DNA of 63,932 nucleotides, filler included, from Licmophora abbreviata (GCA_900291995.1; 13 parts of 13 records of this genome joined end to end with filler, not necessarily neighbours in it); one strand, 5' to 3'; positions 36,141 through 49,106 are shown, counted from the whole stretch's first letter. Notes: a model not told the origin generated them from the letters alone. Numbers and translations: made by a program.

Positions 36141-37077
36141 GCCCGTCTCCGTTGCCACGAACAACGAGGTCAACCCTCGTCGCAGCGTTTGCGGGGAAGA
36201 GTTCGTGGGCTGGAGCTCAGCAACAGAAACGGTGGGTTCGCGTTCTCTTCAGGATTTCTCCATATCTCCCTTTCAAATGTTAAAAACTCACTCTATTGTT
36301 ACGTGTTCATCTCATTTGCAGCTCCTCTCCCACCTTCCAGAGGCGGGACGAGTCTTGAGCGGTCTCACCTTGTATTCTGAGGGGGCATCCATCGGCTCCA
36401 TCAAAGATCTCATCCCCGAAGCGGCAGATGCGGCAGTTTCGGGCGCTCCTATTGAAGATGGGAAAAGTGGTGACACAGACTTCCCGCACGGAAACCTCAA
36501 GACAGTCGCCACCGTCGGCGAAGCGAGTGTCTGCGAAGGCACTGTCGGCAACTTGGTGGTTGGAGTCCCCGACGGCCTTGGTGCGTATCTCATCGACGAT
36601 GAAAACGTTCGTGTCATCGTTCAGAGTGAGTCCTACGGCCCTCTGCGTTACGAGTCCTATCCATACTCCGTGAACATGGGAGCTGCAACCTTCACTGGTA
36701 GCCACGTCCAGTATGTTGATTATGATCGACACAACCTGCGCAAATTTATGAACAACAACGACCCAGCGTCAGAAATGGTCACTGGCTTCGGAGAAGTCAT
36801 CAAGTACGCATACAACCTCAAGGGTGAGCCCGTCGGGCCCCGTAACCATGACGGCGCGACTGCCTACGGTGCGCACTACTCCAACACGGATGTCACGGGA
36901 AACTACACAGTTGAGAAATTCCCTCCGAGGCCGACTGGCTCATGCAGTCCCTCTGCGCCGCCCATCTAGAAGAAAAACACCAATGGGGACGTGGTATCGG
37001 AGTCGAAGACAACATGTTCATGACCAACGAAGAGTGGATCAACTACATGCCCGACAGCAAGTTTGTTGGTATTTCCT
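36141..37077 (+). CDS. N-terminal part of a putative algal alkaline phosphatase (atypical PhoA/PhoX-like), partial; intron 36232-36321; frameshift 36921-36923
   Basis: ATVGE, GVPDGLGAYL, QSESYG, FTGSHVQYVDYDR, then QSLCAAHLEEKHQWG and MTNEEW; family assignment is from recall of algal phosphatases. Confidence 0.6.
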
Positions 37078-37228
37078 NNNNNNNNNNNNNNNNNNNNNNN
37101 NNNNNNNNNNNNNNNNNNNNNTTAATTAATTAANNNNNNNNNNNNNNNNNNNNNNNNNNNNNNNNNNNNNNNNNNNNCCCGATAGTTGACCGATTGCAAA
37201 GTGACTCAAGTCCTCCAGGCGATCCTCT

Positions 37229-37372
37229 CTACACCGGGATGTCGGGCTGATAACAGAGCCACTGGCCACCACGATCAGCTCCAAAAGTTCCAATAGCACC
37301 ACTGTTGAAGTTGCTTGCCTGCAGGCCCACCAAGATGTACTTGTCGTTGATGTGGACGCGGGCATCCTGCTG
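37229..37372 (-). other. Inverted fragment carrying a protein C-terminus and stop, probably from the same phosphatase family
   Basis: Reverse strand reads QQDARVHINDKYILVGLQASNFNSGAIGTFGADRGGQWLCYQPDIPV*. Confidence 0.6.
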
Positions 37373-38865
37373 ACGCAGTCCCTCTGCGCCGCCCATCTCG
37401 AAGAAAAACACCAATGGGGACGTGGTATCGGCGTCGAAGACAACATGTTCATGACCAACAAAGAGTGGATCGACTACATGCCCGACAGCAAGTTTGTCGG
37501 TATTTCCGCCCATGCCATTGAGCTCGCGACCAGCACTGCCTGGGCCGTCGGTGCTTTCACGCAGTCAGGCTTCGAGAAGATTGTCGAGATCAATCCCAAA
37601 AGTCGCGACCACGTTGCGTTTGTTCTCGGAGGTAAGGATAAAGCAGACTGCGTGGTCGTCGTGACATACATTTGTCGCAACGATATCTCATAGCACTCCT
37701 TATTAATCTTTCACTGCTGCTGTTCAGGATACAACGGCGCGTTTTCCAACTTCGACGCCGTCTTGGCTGCCAGGAACGACATGTACGGACCGCGTCCCGA
37801 TGGTAGCGACTGGGTCTGGACCAAGGACGTCGTCCCGGCTCGCATCTACATTTGTGTCAAGGGAAAGATGGAAGACGGTACTCCGGAGTACGCATTAGGA
37901 TCGTTGGTGCATGTTGAATGTGCACACCGTGTCTGCATGTCTGTTCTCCCCCCGTTCTCTTACCTTCATTCGATTGTCGCATCCTACACTTCTTAGGATC
38001 GGATGCTCCCAAAGACGACTTCCTGGCCCGCAACGGTCTTCGTTACGGCAAGATCTATGGATATGCCGTCGACATGAGCGAGTCTGGTCCTTCTGGAGGT
38101 CTCTACCGTGATGACTTCCACATTGATCCTACCAAGGCCATGAACGGAGCCAGCGTGCCCGGAAAGTGGATCGCCATTGACTGGCAGTGGGACGGAACCG
38201 TCACGGACTTTGAGCACGATGGGGCGTGGCACTTTCAGGTCAAGCCTCCCGGCACCGATGGCGACATGATGTACTACTGGACAGCCAGCGGCATGGACGC
38301 TGCCGGAAAGAAGATGGAACATGTCACTCCCGACCCCCGTCCTGGTCAGACTGGCTTCATCCAGGGCTCAACCGCTGGATACTTTGGTCACTACTACATG
38401 AATGATCTGGACGACTTGCTCGAGTCGGCAAGCGGCCTCCCTGACATGATTGATGGCGAGTACTATGTTTACCAGGGAGAGCTTGACATTCGGTCGCAGA
38501 TCAAGTTGGGCTTGAAAGGCCAGTATGCCGGTGGTCGCGCAGCGAACGTCAACTATGCTGGTGGGGAGGATGATATGCATTACTGTCACGAATACGTTCG
38601 AAGACATCGACGGCCTCGAGGTGTTCCTCGCCAAGGATAGGAACTTGTACGCCATGATTCAAGAAGACTCCGGTAGCACGTCCGGTGAGCGCATGCTCAT
38701 TATGAGCCCCCTGGAGCACGTCGACGACGGCAAGGAGCTCACGTACTACTTTGTCGCCATGAGCGGCGGCAGGGGAAACACGCGCATGAAGGCAGGAGTA
38801 GGCATTCCGGCCGGAACCAATGGTGGTGCTGGTTCTCACGAGTTCTCCGGTCTTTTTGACTTGTC
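37373..38865 (+). pseudogene. Second alkaline-phosphatase-like copy, truncated, with 4-bp insertion at 38574-38577; introns 37632-37727 and 37878-37996
   Basis: QSLCAAHLEEKHQWG, FEKIVE, FLARNGLRYG, EDIDGLE, IQEDSG, HEFSG; frame breaks relative to the paralog at 36018-36140. Confidence 0.65.
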
Positions 38866-39172
38866 NNNNNNNNNNNNNNNNNNNNNNNNNNNNNNNNNNN
38901 NNNNNNNNNTTAATTAATTAANNNNNNNNNNNNNNNNNNNNNNNNNNNNNNNNNNNNNNNNNNNNATTCGTGAGTCGAACGAGTCGACTCAAATGTGTCA
39001 TTTCGGCGTCCCACGTCACGAGCGACGCCATGACTGAACGACCAAAGACGGCATTCGTTTGGCATTTATTTTCACGCTGCGTTGAGCTTGTTCTATTGAC
39101 CTGCGGTACTCTTACTCTCTTGTTTCTTATCGGACTGAGCACCGAGGCATTTTCAATCCTACTAAGAAACCA

Positions 39173-39901
39173 ATGATTTCCTCGAAAACGACAATGAGCG
39201 TCGTCCGTGCGGCGGCGACCGTCCTGCTCCTCCTCGCGGCCTGTTGCCCAACGAGCATTCTCGCAGGCACTTCCGACGAAGGATTGAAGTTTCTGGAAGA
39301 AAACATGAAGAAGGAGGGTGTCCTCACTCTCGATAGTGGCTTGCAGTACAAGGTCCTGGAATCAGGCAGCGGCGCGCACCATCCCGCCCCCAATGCGCCC
39401 TGTAGCTGCCACTACCACGGCACCCTCACGGATGGAACTGTCTTCGACAGTAGCTATGATCGTGGCTCCCCCACCACATTTGCTCCTTCCCAAGTCATCA
39501 AGGGATGGACGGAAGCTATGCAGCTCATGGTGGAAGGAGACAAGTGGGAGTTGACCATTCCCTCCGAGCTGGCCTACGGCGATCGTGGCAGTGGACAAAA
39601 GATACCGGGTGGTAGCGTCTTGCAGTTTGTCATTGAGATCTTGGAAATTCAAGGAGACAAAGTACCGGCGTTGAAATGTAATGTTGTCAGTTATGACAAG
39701 TGCAATGACAGGGAAGTCGAGTACATTGCCAAGGTTGTGCTTTGGGATGACGAAAAGTATCCCAAGGAGCTCGAACGACTGACCAATATTCAGAAAAGTG
39801 GTAAAATGAAGCCAGAATTGAAGGACTGGGTGTCGCGTCGTATCTACGTGCTAGATCAGTTTGCCAAGAAGGGTGGCGATGACGGCGAGAAGGAATTGTA
39901 G
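39173..39901 (+). CDS. FKBP-type peptidyl-prolyl isomerase, secretory/ER
   Basis: SGLQYKVL, HYHGTLTDGTVFDSSYDRG, VIKGWTEAMQLM, IPSELAYG; signal peptide; C-terminal EKEL. Confidence 0.93.
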   Translation: MISSKTTMSVVRAAATVLLLLAACCPTSILAGTSDEGLKFLEENMKKEGVLTLDSGLQYKVLESGSGAHHPAPNAPCSCHYHGTLTDGTVFDSSYDRGSPTTFAPSQVIKGWTEAMQLMVEGDKWELTIPSELAYGDRGSGQKIPGGSVLQFVIEILEIQGDKVPALKCNVVSYDKCNDREVEYIAKVVLWDDEKYPKELERLTNIQKSGKMKPELKDWVSRRIYVLDQFAKKGGDDGEKEL

Positions 39902-40299
39902 CGGCCAGAGAGTGGAAAGTTCATGTTCGGCGGAGACTACGAGGGTAGGCGCTCTCTCTAGTAGGATGGTTTTGACTGCGATTGCGGAAGAGGCCGGCAG
40001 CAGCTACCGGTAGGGCGTAAGACGTAAGAGGAGATGAAACTTTAAATTAGAGGACGAGCGAAAAGTCTATTGGTACGTCGTCTGTTGATAGTGAAGCGCA
40101 TCATCCGGGGGATGTGATTTGATTCGAATCATTCGATCGGTGTGTCCGGTAGATTTTTAGCGGCAGCTCGCACGTTCGGCGCCTCCGCGCACCTCTTCCT
40201 TTGAACTTCTATTCATAGTCTTATACAAATATTATTCGAATATATCAATGCCACTTATCAATCGATAAGGATTTATACTTTGGGCCTAGTTTGGTCACG

Positions 40300-43200
40300 A
40301 TGACCCACAAGATTGCCATAAATCGAGCCGTGCAAATTTTGAGAGACTTGCGTCAATCATCGCCTGTAAGAGCAATAGGATCGTTCTCCATGGAGGCCGT
40401 TCCCCCCACTGGAAGCATCAATCACAGCCGCACGAGCCCCACACGTGTTGGAGAAGACGCGGTGCAAGTGCGTACGAAAGAAAAAATCCCAAAAGATTGC
40501 GAAACTGCAGTTTCTCGAGACCATACGATGGATACTACTTCCTCGCAGTCATCGTCTACCAGTTCGACGGATTCGTCGGTCCTCAATGGACCAACCCCGC
40601 CATCGACGACGCCTCGTAACGTCGCCAAAGTTATCAAGGGAGAAATTCATAATGTCTGGATCGTCATGCGCGGCGATGCTCGCTACGGAAGCCCTCTTCG
40701 CTTCACTGAAGAACTTCCTGTCGACGAACACTTCGTTCTTCAAAGCTTGCGAGAACTCCACGATACACTTAGCGAATGGGAACAAGACAATGAAGAAGAG
40801 TCCAATTTGGATGTCGTCGCCTATGTTACACCGTTTTGCGAAGCTATTTCACGGTCGGACGTTTCGGCTCCTATTACCGGGGCGGCTCTGAGTGCTCTAC
40901 ACAAGTTTCTCCTTTATGGCTTTCTTACGACGCCCGAAGTCAGCCAAGAGGGCATGACTCTCATCGCAAAGTCTCTGATTCAGTGCACTTTTGAAGAATC
41001 GGACAAGATAGGTGCAGGAAAGTCGGAGGTCGGCCGTATGTCCTTTGCAACAACCGCGTCGTCCGCTGCCATAACCACCACCATTCCCGCGACGACGACC
41101 ACCAACTCAACCAACACTTGGAACGACGACGAACAAGTGGTCTTAAAGCTTCTCAATCTCGGTGCTCTCGTGGTGAGGAGCTCAATTCAACATACGGATG
41201 TGGTTCCCCTGTTGAGTACCGATCTTGTCGTGGGCATTCTCGAAACATGCTTGCATGTGTCCCATCGTGCCAAGCTGGCATCCGCGCTATTAAAGTCGGC
41301 CGCTGCCGATGCTCTCGGACAGATTGTGCTGGTGGTCTTTCATACCGAAAACATCGAGACGTGTCGCGATGCCCGCACCGCCATTCTGGCACAACTTTCG
41401 TCGTTGGCGAACCCTCAACAGCATTCCGACGCCACGTGTGTCACTTCTCTCACTCTACTCAATATTGCCCTCGAGACCATGCCTCCCGGTTCGGCAACTG
41501 ACAAGGACGTTTTGATTCTCCAGAATGATCTCTGCAAACATTTGTTGCAGTTGAGTACGACCCAAGATCTGGTGATTTTGGGATTGACGCTGCGCGTCAT
41601 TTTCAATCTCTTTCAGAGCATTCGGAATCACCTGAAAGTGCCCCTGGAAATCTTCTTGACAAGCGTGCATGTGCGCATTTTGGATTCGCCGCAGTCATTT
41701 CCAGAACAATCTGAGGTCGTGCTAGAGAGTTTGCTGGAGTTCTGTCGGGAACCGGCGCTGATGCAAGACTTGTATCTCAATTATGACTGCGATGTTCAGT
41801 GCACAAATCTGTTCGAAACGATTGCAAGTACACTGGGCAAGATGGCGGGCAGTGAAACAGAAGTCGTGAAACCATTGAATGTGCTGAATCGGCTCGCGCT
41901 GAAGGAATTCTATACATTATCGATTCTATTGCCCGACGATGCCGCACCGTTGATGTGCGCGGTCCTATTTCTCTTCGTGACATTGGTCCTCCAAAACTCC
42001 AAAGATCGCAGTCGTCGTTTCTCTCAACGGATGACTGCATTTCGGAGACGAGCAGTCATGGACGTGAACAGTCTTATGACGATTTGAGTGATCGATGGAA
42101 GGCGGAAGAAACTCACAAGAATCTGCAGGAACAAAAACGCCGAAAGGATCTCTTGACTCAGGCATCGGAAGAATTCAATCGCCCCCATCCCGAGTTTGTA
42201 CTTGTCCTGGAAGATCTGGAATTGACGAGCACCCCAGCAACTCCAGAAGAAGTTGCCAACTTCCTGTATTCAACACCACATCTTGACAAAGCTCTGATCG
42301 GACTTTACTTGGGCAAAGGACCGGAGATTGACTACCCCTTCCACGAAAAGGTGCGGCAGGCGTTCGTGGCGTTGTTTGACTTTCGCGGGAAAGGTTTCGC
42401 GGACGCGCTGCGAAAGTTACTTAGCCGGTTCCGCCTGCCAGGTGAAGCGCAGTGCATTGATCGCCTTATGGAGGCGTTCGCACAAGAACTCTACCATCAG
42501 CAGCATGGAGACGATATGTCAGACGCGCTGGGAATCGAGGAGGATGAGGAAGCTGCGGAAGCAGCGAAGTTGTCGCATCCATTCAAGAGTGCCGACTCTG
42601 TCTTTACGCTTGCGTTCTCAACCATTCTTCTTAACACGGACCTACACAATCCGACCATCAAGGATGAGAAGCGGATGACTCTTGAGCAGTTTATTCGAAA
42701 CAACCGCGGGATAAACGACGGTGATGAGTTCGAGGTAGAGTTTTTGACGGATCTGTATGAGCAAATCAAATCACAAGAGATTCAAGTTCGTAAGGAATTG
42801 TTTGACGTTGTGCGTCGCCATGCGATTGAAGATTATGACGGGCACATCCCTGCAAAGCATTGGAACGGCATCCTGACGTCCAAAACACGGGACGTTGCCA
42901 AGGCCTGCTTCACGCCCGCAGAGGCAGCACGAAGCAACAACATCCAGGCGGGAGTGCATGAGCGCGACATGTTTCTGTCAATTTATAAGTCCGCCATCCA
43001 CTGCATCTCCAGTATCTTTATTCGCTCCAAGGACGATGCGCTTGTGTTAAAAGCTCTGAAGGGATTTAAACAGATGGCTCGGATCAGCCTTTACTTCGAC
43101 TTGGACGAGCCGTTGGATCAGATCCTAAAAATTCTTCTAGGTCATGGGAGGGACTACATCATGAGTTGCATCGCACTTGAGTACGCAGGGTTTGATGGCG

Positions 43201-45246
43201 AGCACATCATGGCCGCTGGCTCTCCGTCCCCAACAGGCCATCGGAAAACGGATATGCCCGTACCCAAGACGCTCATCACTTCTCCACTAGGGAGCCTTGA
43301 CGTGGACGCGGAAGGGAGCGCCACCCATCGAGGCTTTCTCTCTTTGGATTGTGCTTTCTCTCTTATTCGGAGGCACCCCTCGAAGATTCGCGAAGCATGG
43401 CCAACATTGATTGAATGTTTGTGTGCCTTGCGCGACGCCCGAGCTCTCCCAGACCGGGTGATCTTTCTCGATGACTTCGCTGACAGCCGAGGAAATCTTC
43501 TCCCTTTGTCGAGATTCGCAAAACAATCCCAAAAACGACTGGACGGCTATTATCGCTCCCTTTCCGACGGCGAGCATAATCAAAGGACGGGTAAAGGTTG
43601 GTTCTCTTCCATGTTCAAGAAAGAGGATCGCTCCTACGATGCCGTAAGCTACGACGGAGGTGAGAGCAGTTCCTCAGAGCGAGAATTGTCCTCGTTTTCA
43701 CAATCACTGCTCGACATCACAAAACGCGCAAGATTGGAAGAAGTCGTTTTGATGCGACCGAAGAACCTTCCAATGGCGAAGCAAACCATCAGTGCACTCC
43801 TAGACGCTATTGACGTTTATCCCTACTTTGATGATCCGATCTTTGAGCAGCACGCCGTGTACTCACTCGAGCTTGGACTTCTTGCGCTCATATCGAACAG
43901 GGATCGAGCGGAAGAGCTTTTTCCGCTCTTTCTACCGAAGTTTGAGACCGTACTGAAGGGTCCAAAGAAGGGGGGTGGCGATGATGCAGGGGAAAGCCCC
44001 AATCTGCCGACGCCATTCTTAATGGAGCGAGTGGTTGTCACAATACTCCGCTCGTCCATTCATCTTTATGATATTCAAGAGGTAAGTGCATCGCTTCAGG
44101 CAATCGATCGACTTTTCGGTCCCCTCTTATCCCAGCTACTCGTTTTGCGACTTTCAGGCGCGTCCGGAACTCTTCAAATCACTTGAGCTGGTGGCTGGAC
44201 TTCCTCCGAGCTTCATGCGCAACATTGCGGACCGCATTTCGTGTGGCATGGCAATCTTCTTGAGTCAAAAGTTTGCCGTCCTGTCCACAACGGAAGAGTG
44301 GACGTACATGCGCGATATACTGGGCCAACTTGCTCAGTTCGGTCCTGGTCGAGGGTTCGTGTTCGATGGAATAGCCAACACGGTCGAGTCTCAGCTGACA
44401 CCATCCAGCCAGAAAGGCGACGCCAGGCAGCAGTTGTCCGCTGAGGGATCGTCTGTATTAGCCAAGCTCCTTCTCCGATTTATCTTTGGGAAATTTGAGA
44501 ACGACATGTCCTTGGCCGTGCCGGCCATGATGTGCCTTGAAAATCTTTACGGTCACATTGTATTACTCCAACGTGCCACTGGAGAGCAGATCAACGGCAA
44601 AGACTCCCCCGTCGAGCTCGTTCCCGACAAAGAGTTGTGGCAGAATGTCGCGGTCGCGTTTTACAGCGTATGTCGATCCACGGATCCTGGTATCTCTCGT
44701 GAAGGTACAGACTGCTTCCAGCGATTCATTGCATCTACCCAGGTCGAATCGTTGCCCGACGAAAAGTGGATTGACATTCTGTATCTGATTGCCAACAAGC
44801 AGCCCCTTCTCGAGGCACACGAGTCTCGAATAAATACATGTACTATCCTTGGAAAAGCGCTGCTGATGACTACTGGACATTTGAGTACAACCAAGGAAAA
44901 CTGGGAAGATCTGACTGATATTATTACGCAGTTTGCATGGGTAGTATCGGAGAATCTCCGCGAGGGGCGAAAAGGCAGAACGCTTCCGCTGTTTGAGCAT
45001 ACGTTACACACGGTTACATTCCTATCGAACCATATGGTCACGTCTGAGTTCCAAGGGGACGGCGAGTTTGGACAGTGGGCCAGCGATACGCTTCTGGCTG
45101 AGCTTGAAAAGATGGGAGCGGGTGGAGGTTCCATCCGCAACGTTGCCGCTACTTCCAAGGCCAGAGCGCTCGTCGCCCCGACAAGGTCGAATAGCTCCAT
45201 TGTTCAAGGGGGTGAATCGGACGGGGAACCGAAAAGTGAGGGCTAA
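40300..45246 (+). CDS. GBF1: GBF1/GNOM-like large ARF guanine nucleotide exchange factor (Sec7); frameshift near 41901; intron 44082-44157; alternative ATG at 40390
   Basis: SAPITGAALSALHKFL, LYLNYDCD (HUS box), FRLPGEAQCIDRLMEAFA, LLNTDLHNP, FIRNNRGIN. Confidence 0.92.
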
Positions 45247-45633
45247 CGGAACTTTTAGTATTAGTTGTTATATTCTCTGGCGATTGTGATGCGATTAGTG
45301 AGAATCAGAAGCGCAAGACCGTGAGCCGCATGGTGGGTCGGCATGTTGAGAGGTCAGAGTTGCCAACCGGGTACACGGCGATTTGACTCAATCGACTCGA
45401 GCCGTAACTTGTTTGATCGCGACAATCAAATCGTTTCGCGTTGCAAAAAATAAAAAATGGACTTTCTCGTTGATTTCAGATTGGCATCCGTACTCCTGCA
45501 GCGCTGCAGCTCACTGCATGTTGGCCAGTAGTCTATCGAGTTCGCGCTGTACACATGTGGCGTGGTGATTCGTGAGGGAAGGGCAGTTTTAAGTGAGAAA
45601 CAACGAATTGAATGGGGAAAAACTCAGGAGAGG

Positions 45634-47367
45634 ATGGTCGGTTTCTACAGATTTCGAATTCTCCTCCTTCTACCGCTTCTGGAGGAGCCATGGTCTGTAG
45701 TGGGACAGATGGAAGCTGCGATTCCGCTCGGTGACAATCTCGGCCAGCATCAAGACAATGAAGTTAAGAGCATCATGGACGCGCTTGGCGAATGGATCGA
45801 CGGCGCGTCTGTGAATGTCCTAGAGTGGGGGCCGAAGGACGGAGCAAAGACCGACAGCGCTACTTGTTCAGACGTGAAGAACGATAAGGATCGAGATCCG
45901 TTTCCAAAAGTACAAAAGGACGCATCGGGTCGATCGAAGCAGCAAGATTTCTCCCTGGGAACCTTGGTGAACATGGCGCAGTCGCTGATGAGTAGCATGT
46001 CCGCAGCTGACGCACAGAACGATCAGCACCAAAGTGCCACGTCGAGCAGTCAGCTGGCTAGTATCATACAAAAGGCACGAAGCTTGTCATCTGGGACCGA
46101 CGTCACTCGTACCCGCAAGGAAGAACTTGACCTCTTGTGGCAGCACTTCCATCAGGTCTATGATTCCATCCAACGCTCATTTTCGCATCTCGAAGACTCG
46201 ATCGAAAAACTTAATCCAGTTGCCTTTTGGTACTATCTCGAGCGCGAGGACGAGCGAAGGAATCCATCGTGGAAACGTCGACGGCACTATTATATGAAAG
46301 GGCTAGACATGTCCACTGTCGAAGATCTCCACGATGCTCTGTATCTCTCGCATTTGAGCTATGCGCACAGACTGGAAGACATCGAGAAGAACCTACAAGA
46401 CTTTCAGAACAACACTTGGGAACTGATTTACTGCACCACGGAAGGCCGTCCTACCGAACCCGCCCACTTTCTCGCCATCCAAAAGGAGAGCAAACAGGAG
46501 AAAGGTAGCTGGCTGCCGTGGCAAAGTCAAGAACCACAAGCGCTCGAGGTCTTGTTGGTAGTTCGAGGAACGAAAGAGATCGGTGATATGTTGTCGGACG
46601 GTATGTTGGAGCCCATTGATTATCGAGGCGGAAAAGCACACGCCGGGATCGCCAAGGCGGGCTTGCATCTTGCGGACAAGCATCGAGCGACTCTGGACAA
46701 GATGCTGGAGGCATCCCAACGCGACACGCTGCATCTGACAACGCTGGGGCACTCTTTGGGAGCGGGCGCCGCCGCGATAGTCGCCATGGAATTCAAGGAG
46801 CATCCGCAGATTGACGCGACTGCGATTGGATTCGGCTGTCCGGCACTTGTGTCGCTGAGTACGTCGGAAGCGGCCAAGGATTACATTACGACGGTAGTGT
46901 CAGACAGCGACATTGTTCCCCGCATGAGCGGGGCCGCCATTGCCAATATGTTTCTTGATGTGGCATCGTACGACTGGACGGCGAAAGGTCTCGAAGACAT
47001 ACAAGACTTCTTACAATATGTCAATACAAGCGTGCCTTTTGATGTGCCGGTGCAAAAAATTGTACAATGGGCTGACAAGATCATGGATCAAGACGATCGC
47101 CCTTTCTTTCGCAAGGTGACAACTGAGCGAGCGACCCCTGTACTGTTCCCGCCAGGCGACTGCATACACTTGTTTCGAGACGGTTTCGGGTACACGGCAA
47201 CGTATACTCCATGCAAATTCTTCGACACGGTCGAGATGTCACGAACTCTGTTGGATGACCACCTGATACCTCCCGGCTATCATCGGGCGCTTCTCAGCTT
47301 GATGCGTGACAGTTTGGGTGACTTTCGATTTGACTTCCAACACGACCTGATCGCTCTACCAGTGTGA
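45634..47367 (+). CDS. Class 3 lipase with hydrophobic N-terminus
   Basis: VVRGT, AHAGI, GHSLGAG, FGCP, DIVPR, PPGDCIHL, DH. Confidence 0.88.
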   Translation: MVGFYRFRILLLLPLLEEPWSVVGQMEAAIPLGDNLGQHQDNEVKSIMDALGEWIDGASVNVLEWGPKDGAKTDSATCSDVKNDKDRDPFPKVQKDASGRSKQQDFSLGTLVNMAQSLMSSMSAADAQNDQHQSATSSSQLASIIQKARSLSSGTDVTRTRKEELDLLWQHFHQVYDSIQRSFSHLEDSIEKLNPVAFWYYLEREDERRNPSWKRRRHYYMKGLDMSTVEDLHDALYLSHLSYAHRLEDIEKNLQDFQNNTWELIYCTTEGRPTEPAHFLAIQKESKQEKGSWLPWQSQEPQALEVLLVVRGTKEIGDMLSDGMLEPIDYRGGKAHAGIAKAGLHLADKHRATLDKMLEASQRDTLHLTTLGHSLGAGAAAIVAMEFKEHPQIDATAIGFGCPALVSLSTSEAAKDYITTVVSDSDIVPRMSGAAIANMFLDVASYDWTAKGLEDIQDFLQYVNTSVPFDVPVQKIVQWADKIMDQDDRPFFRKVTTERATPVLFPPGDCIHLFRDGFGYTATYTPCKFFDTVEMSRTLLDDHLIPPGYHRALLSLMRDSLGDFRFDFQHDLIALPV

Positions 47368-47576
47368 ATACAAGTAGATGGCCCCGTTTGTAAAGTTTGT
47401 TTGACTTATGGTAATGTAGATGCACCGCTGCCTTATGGTTGTTTACCTAGCGGTGGCGCTGCAAGACACACTACTANNNNNNNNNNNNNNNNNNNNNNNN
47501 NNNNNNNNNNNNNNNNNNNNTTAATTAATTAANNNNNNNNNNNNNNNNNNNNNNNNNNNNNNNNNNNNNNNNNNNN

Positions 47577-49067
47577 AGCAACGACGTTGAGACCTTGCTT
47601 CAGAAAGCTCGCCACTTTGCTGATACGAATGCAGATTTCAAAGAAACCAAGTCGGGAGAGGACCTCAACATGCTTCGCGATGAGATCAATGCTGTCCTCG
47701 ACCAGCTCCGGAAGTCTTTTGATCATGTGGCAATTGACAAAATCAACCCTATGGCTTTTCTGTACTACCTCGAGCACGAAGATTCCATAAAGACGCCCAG
47801 CTGGAAACGACGCAGACACCGGTTTCTTCCTCCTCTCGACATGACGACTGTGAACGCTATGCATGATGCTCTGTATCTAGCCGAGCTCAGCTATTGCGAT
47901 TCAGTTGGAGAGATACAGGCTGGACTGGATTTCTATGAGGGCTCGCCTTACGAAATGATTTTCTGCACTGCTGAGGGCTTTCCTCGCCAACCAGCTCACT
48001 ACATCGCCATTCAGAGGGATCTTGGCGAGAACCCTGAAAAGGGCTTTTCGCTTCCATGGCAGAAGAAAGAAAAATGCCTCGAAGTCTTGCTGGTTGTGCG
48101 TGGCACGAAAGAACTTGCCGACTTGTTATCGGACGCCCTCTTGGAAACGGCCGACTATCGCGGTGGCAAAGCGCACAATGGTATCGCCAAAGCAGGCCAG
48201 TGGCTCGTCGAAAAACACACGCCGCTGTTGGAACATCTCTTGGAGGAATCCAAGCGCAACAAGATACGTTTGACGCTTATCGGGCACTCGCTAGGTGAGA
48301 ATCTTTCATGGGAAGCATCCACTGCGCATACCGGTGATCGGTTGAAGACCCGTACGTAACTCACAATTCGTTTATGGTCGCCGATAGGGGCTGGCGCGGC
48401 GGCGATTGCAGCTGCAGAATTCAACGACCACCCCCAAATTAATGCGACCGCCATTGGCTTTGGGTGTCCTGCGCTTATGAATAAGGAACTATCGGAGAGT
48501 ACGAAGGACTACATTACGACCGTCGTGTCAGATAGCGATGTTGTTCCGCGAATGAGTGGGTCGACTGTTGCCAACGTCCTGTTGGATCTCATGTCTCTTG
48601 ATTGGACGGAGCAGGCTGTAGACGACATGAGCGAGTTGATGCGCGGGTCGCCAGTTCACATCCCGGAGAACAAGATTGCTGATGCCGTTCATTGGGCGAG
48701 AGATGAAATCGGAAAAAGCGTCAAAGCCTCAATGGAAAGCGCCTCCGACGAACGCTCGGATGCTATCTTGTATCCTCCTGGAAAATGCGTACATCTCTAC
48801 CGAGATGGTGTTGGCGTTTCGGCATCGTACGTCCCATGCGACTTTTTTACAGCCGTAGACGTATCACGGACAATGGTGGAGGACCACTACATTGCGACAG
48901 GCTACAACAGGCTGTTGCTGGAGCTCATGCGGGGCCACAAGGAAGATTCAAAATTCGAGTTTCGTCACGACGTAGCAGGTGTACGCATAGAGAAGGACAA
49001 GCGAGTCAAATCAGCAAAGCATGACGATGTCAAAGAAGAGGAGGAGAAGTTATGCAAAGCTGCCTAA
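47577..49067 (+). CDS. Class 3 lipase, tandem paralog of the previous gene, 5'-partial; intron 48295-48387
   Basis: VVRGT, AHNGI, GHSLGAG (across the intron), FGCP, DVVPR, PPGKCVHL, DH. Confidence 0.88.
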
Positions 49068-49106
49068 TGTTTAAGTAGCGACACAGATGCGTCTTCACTT
49101 ATCCAT

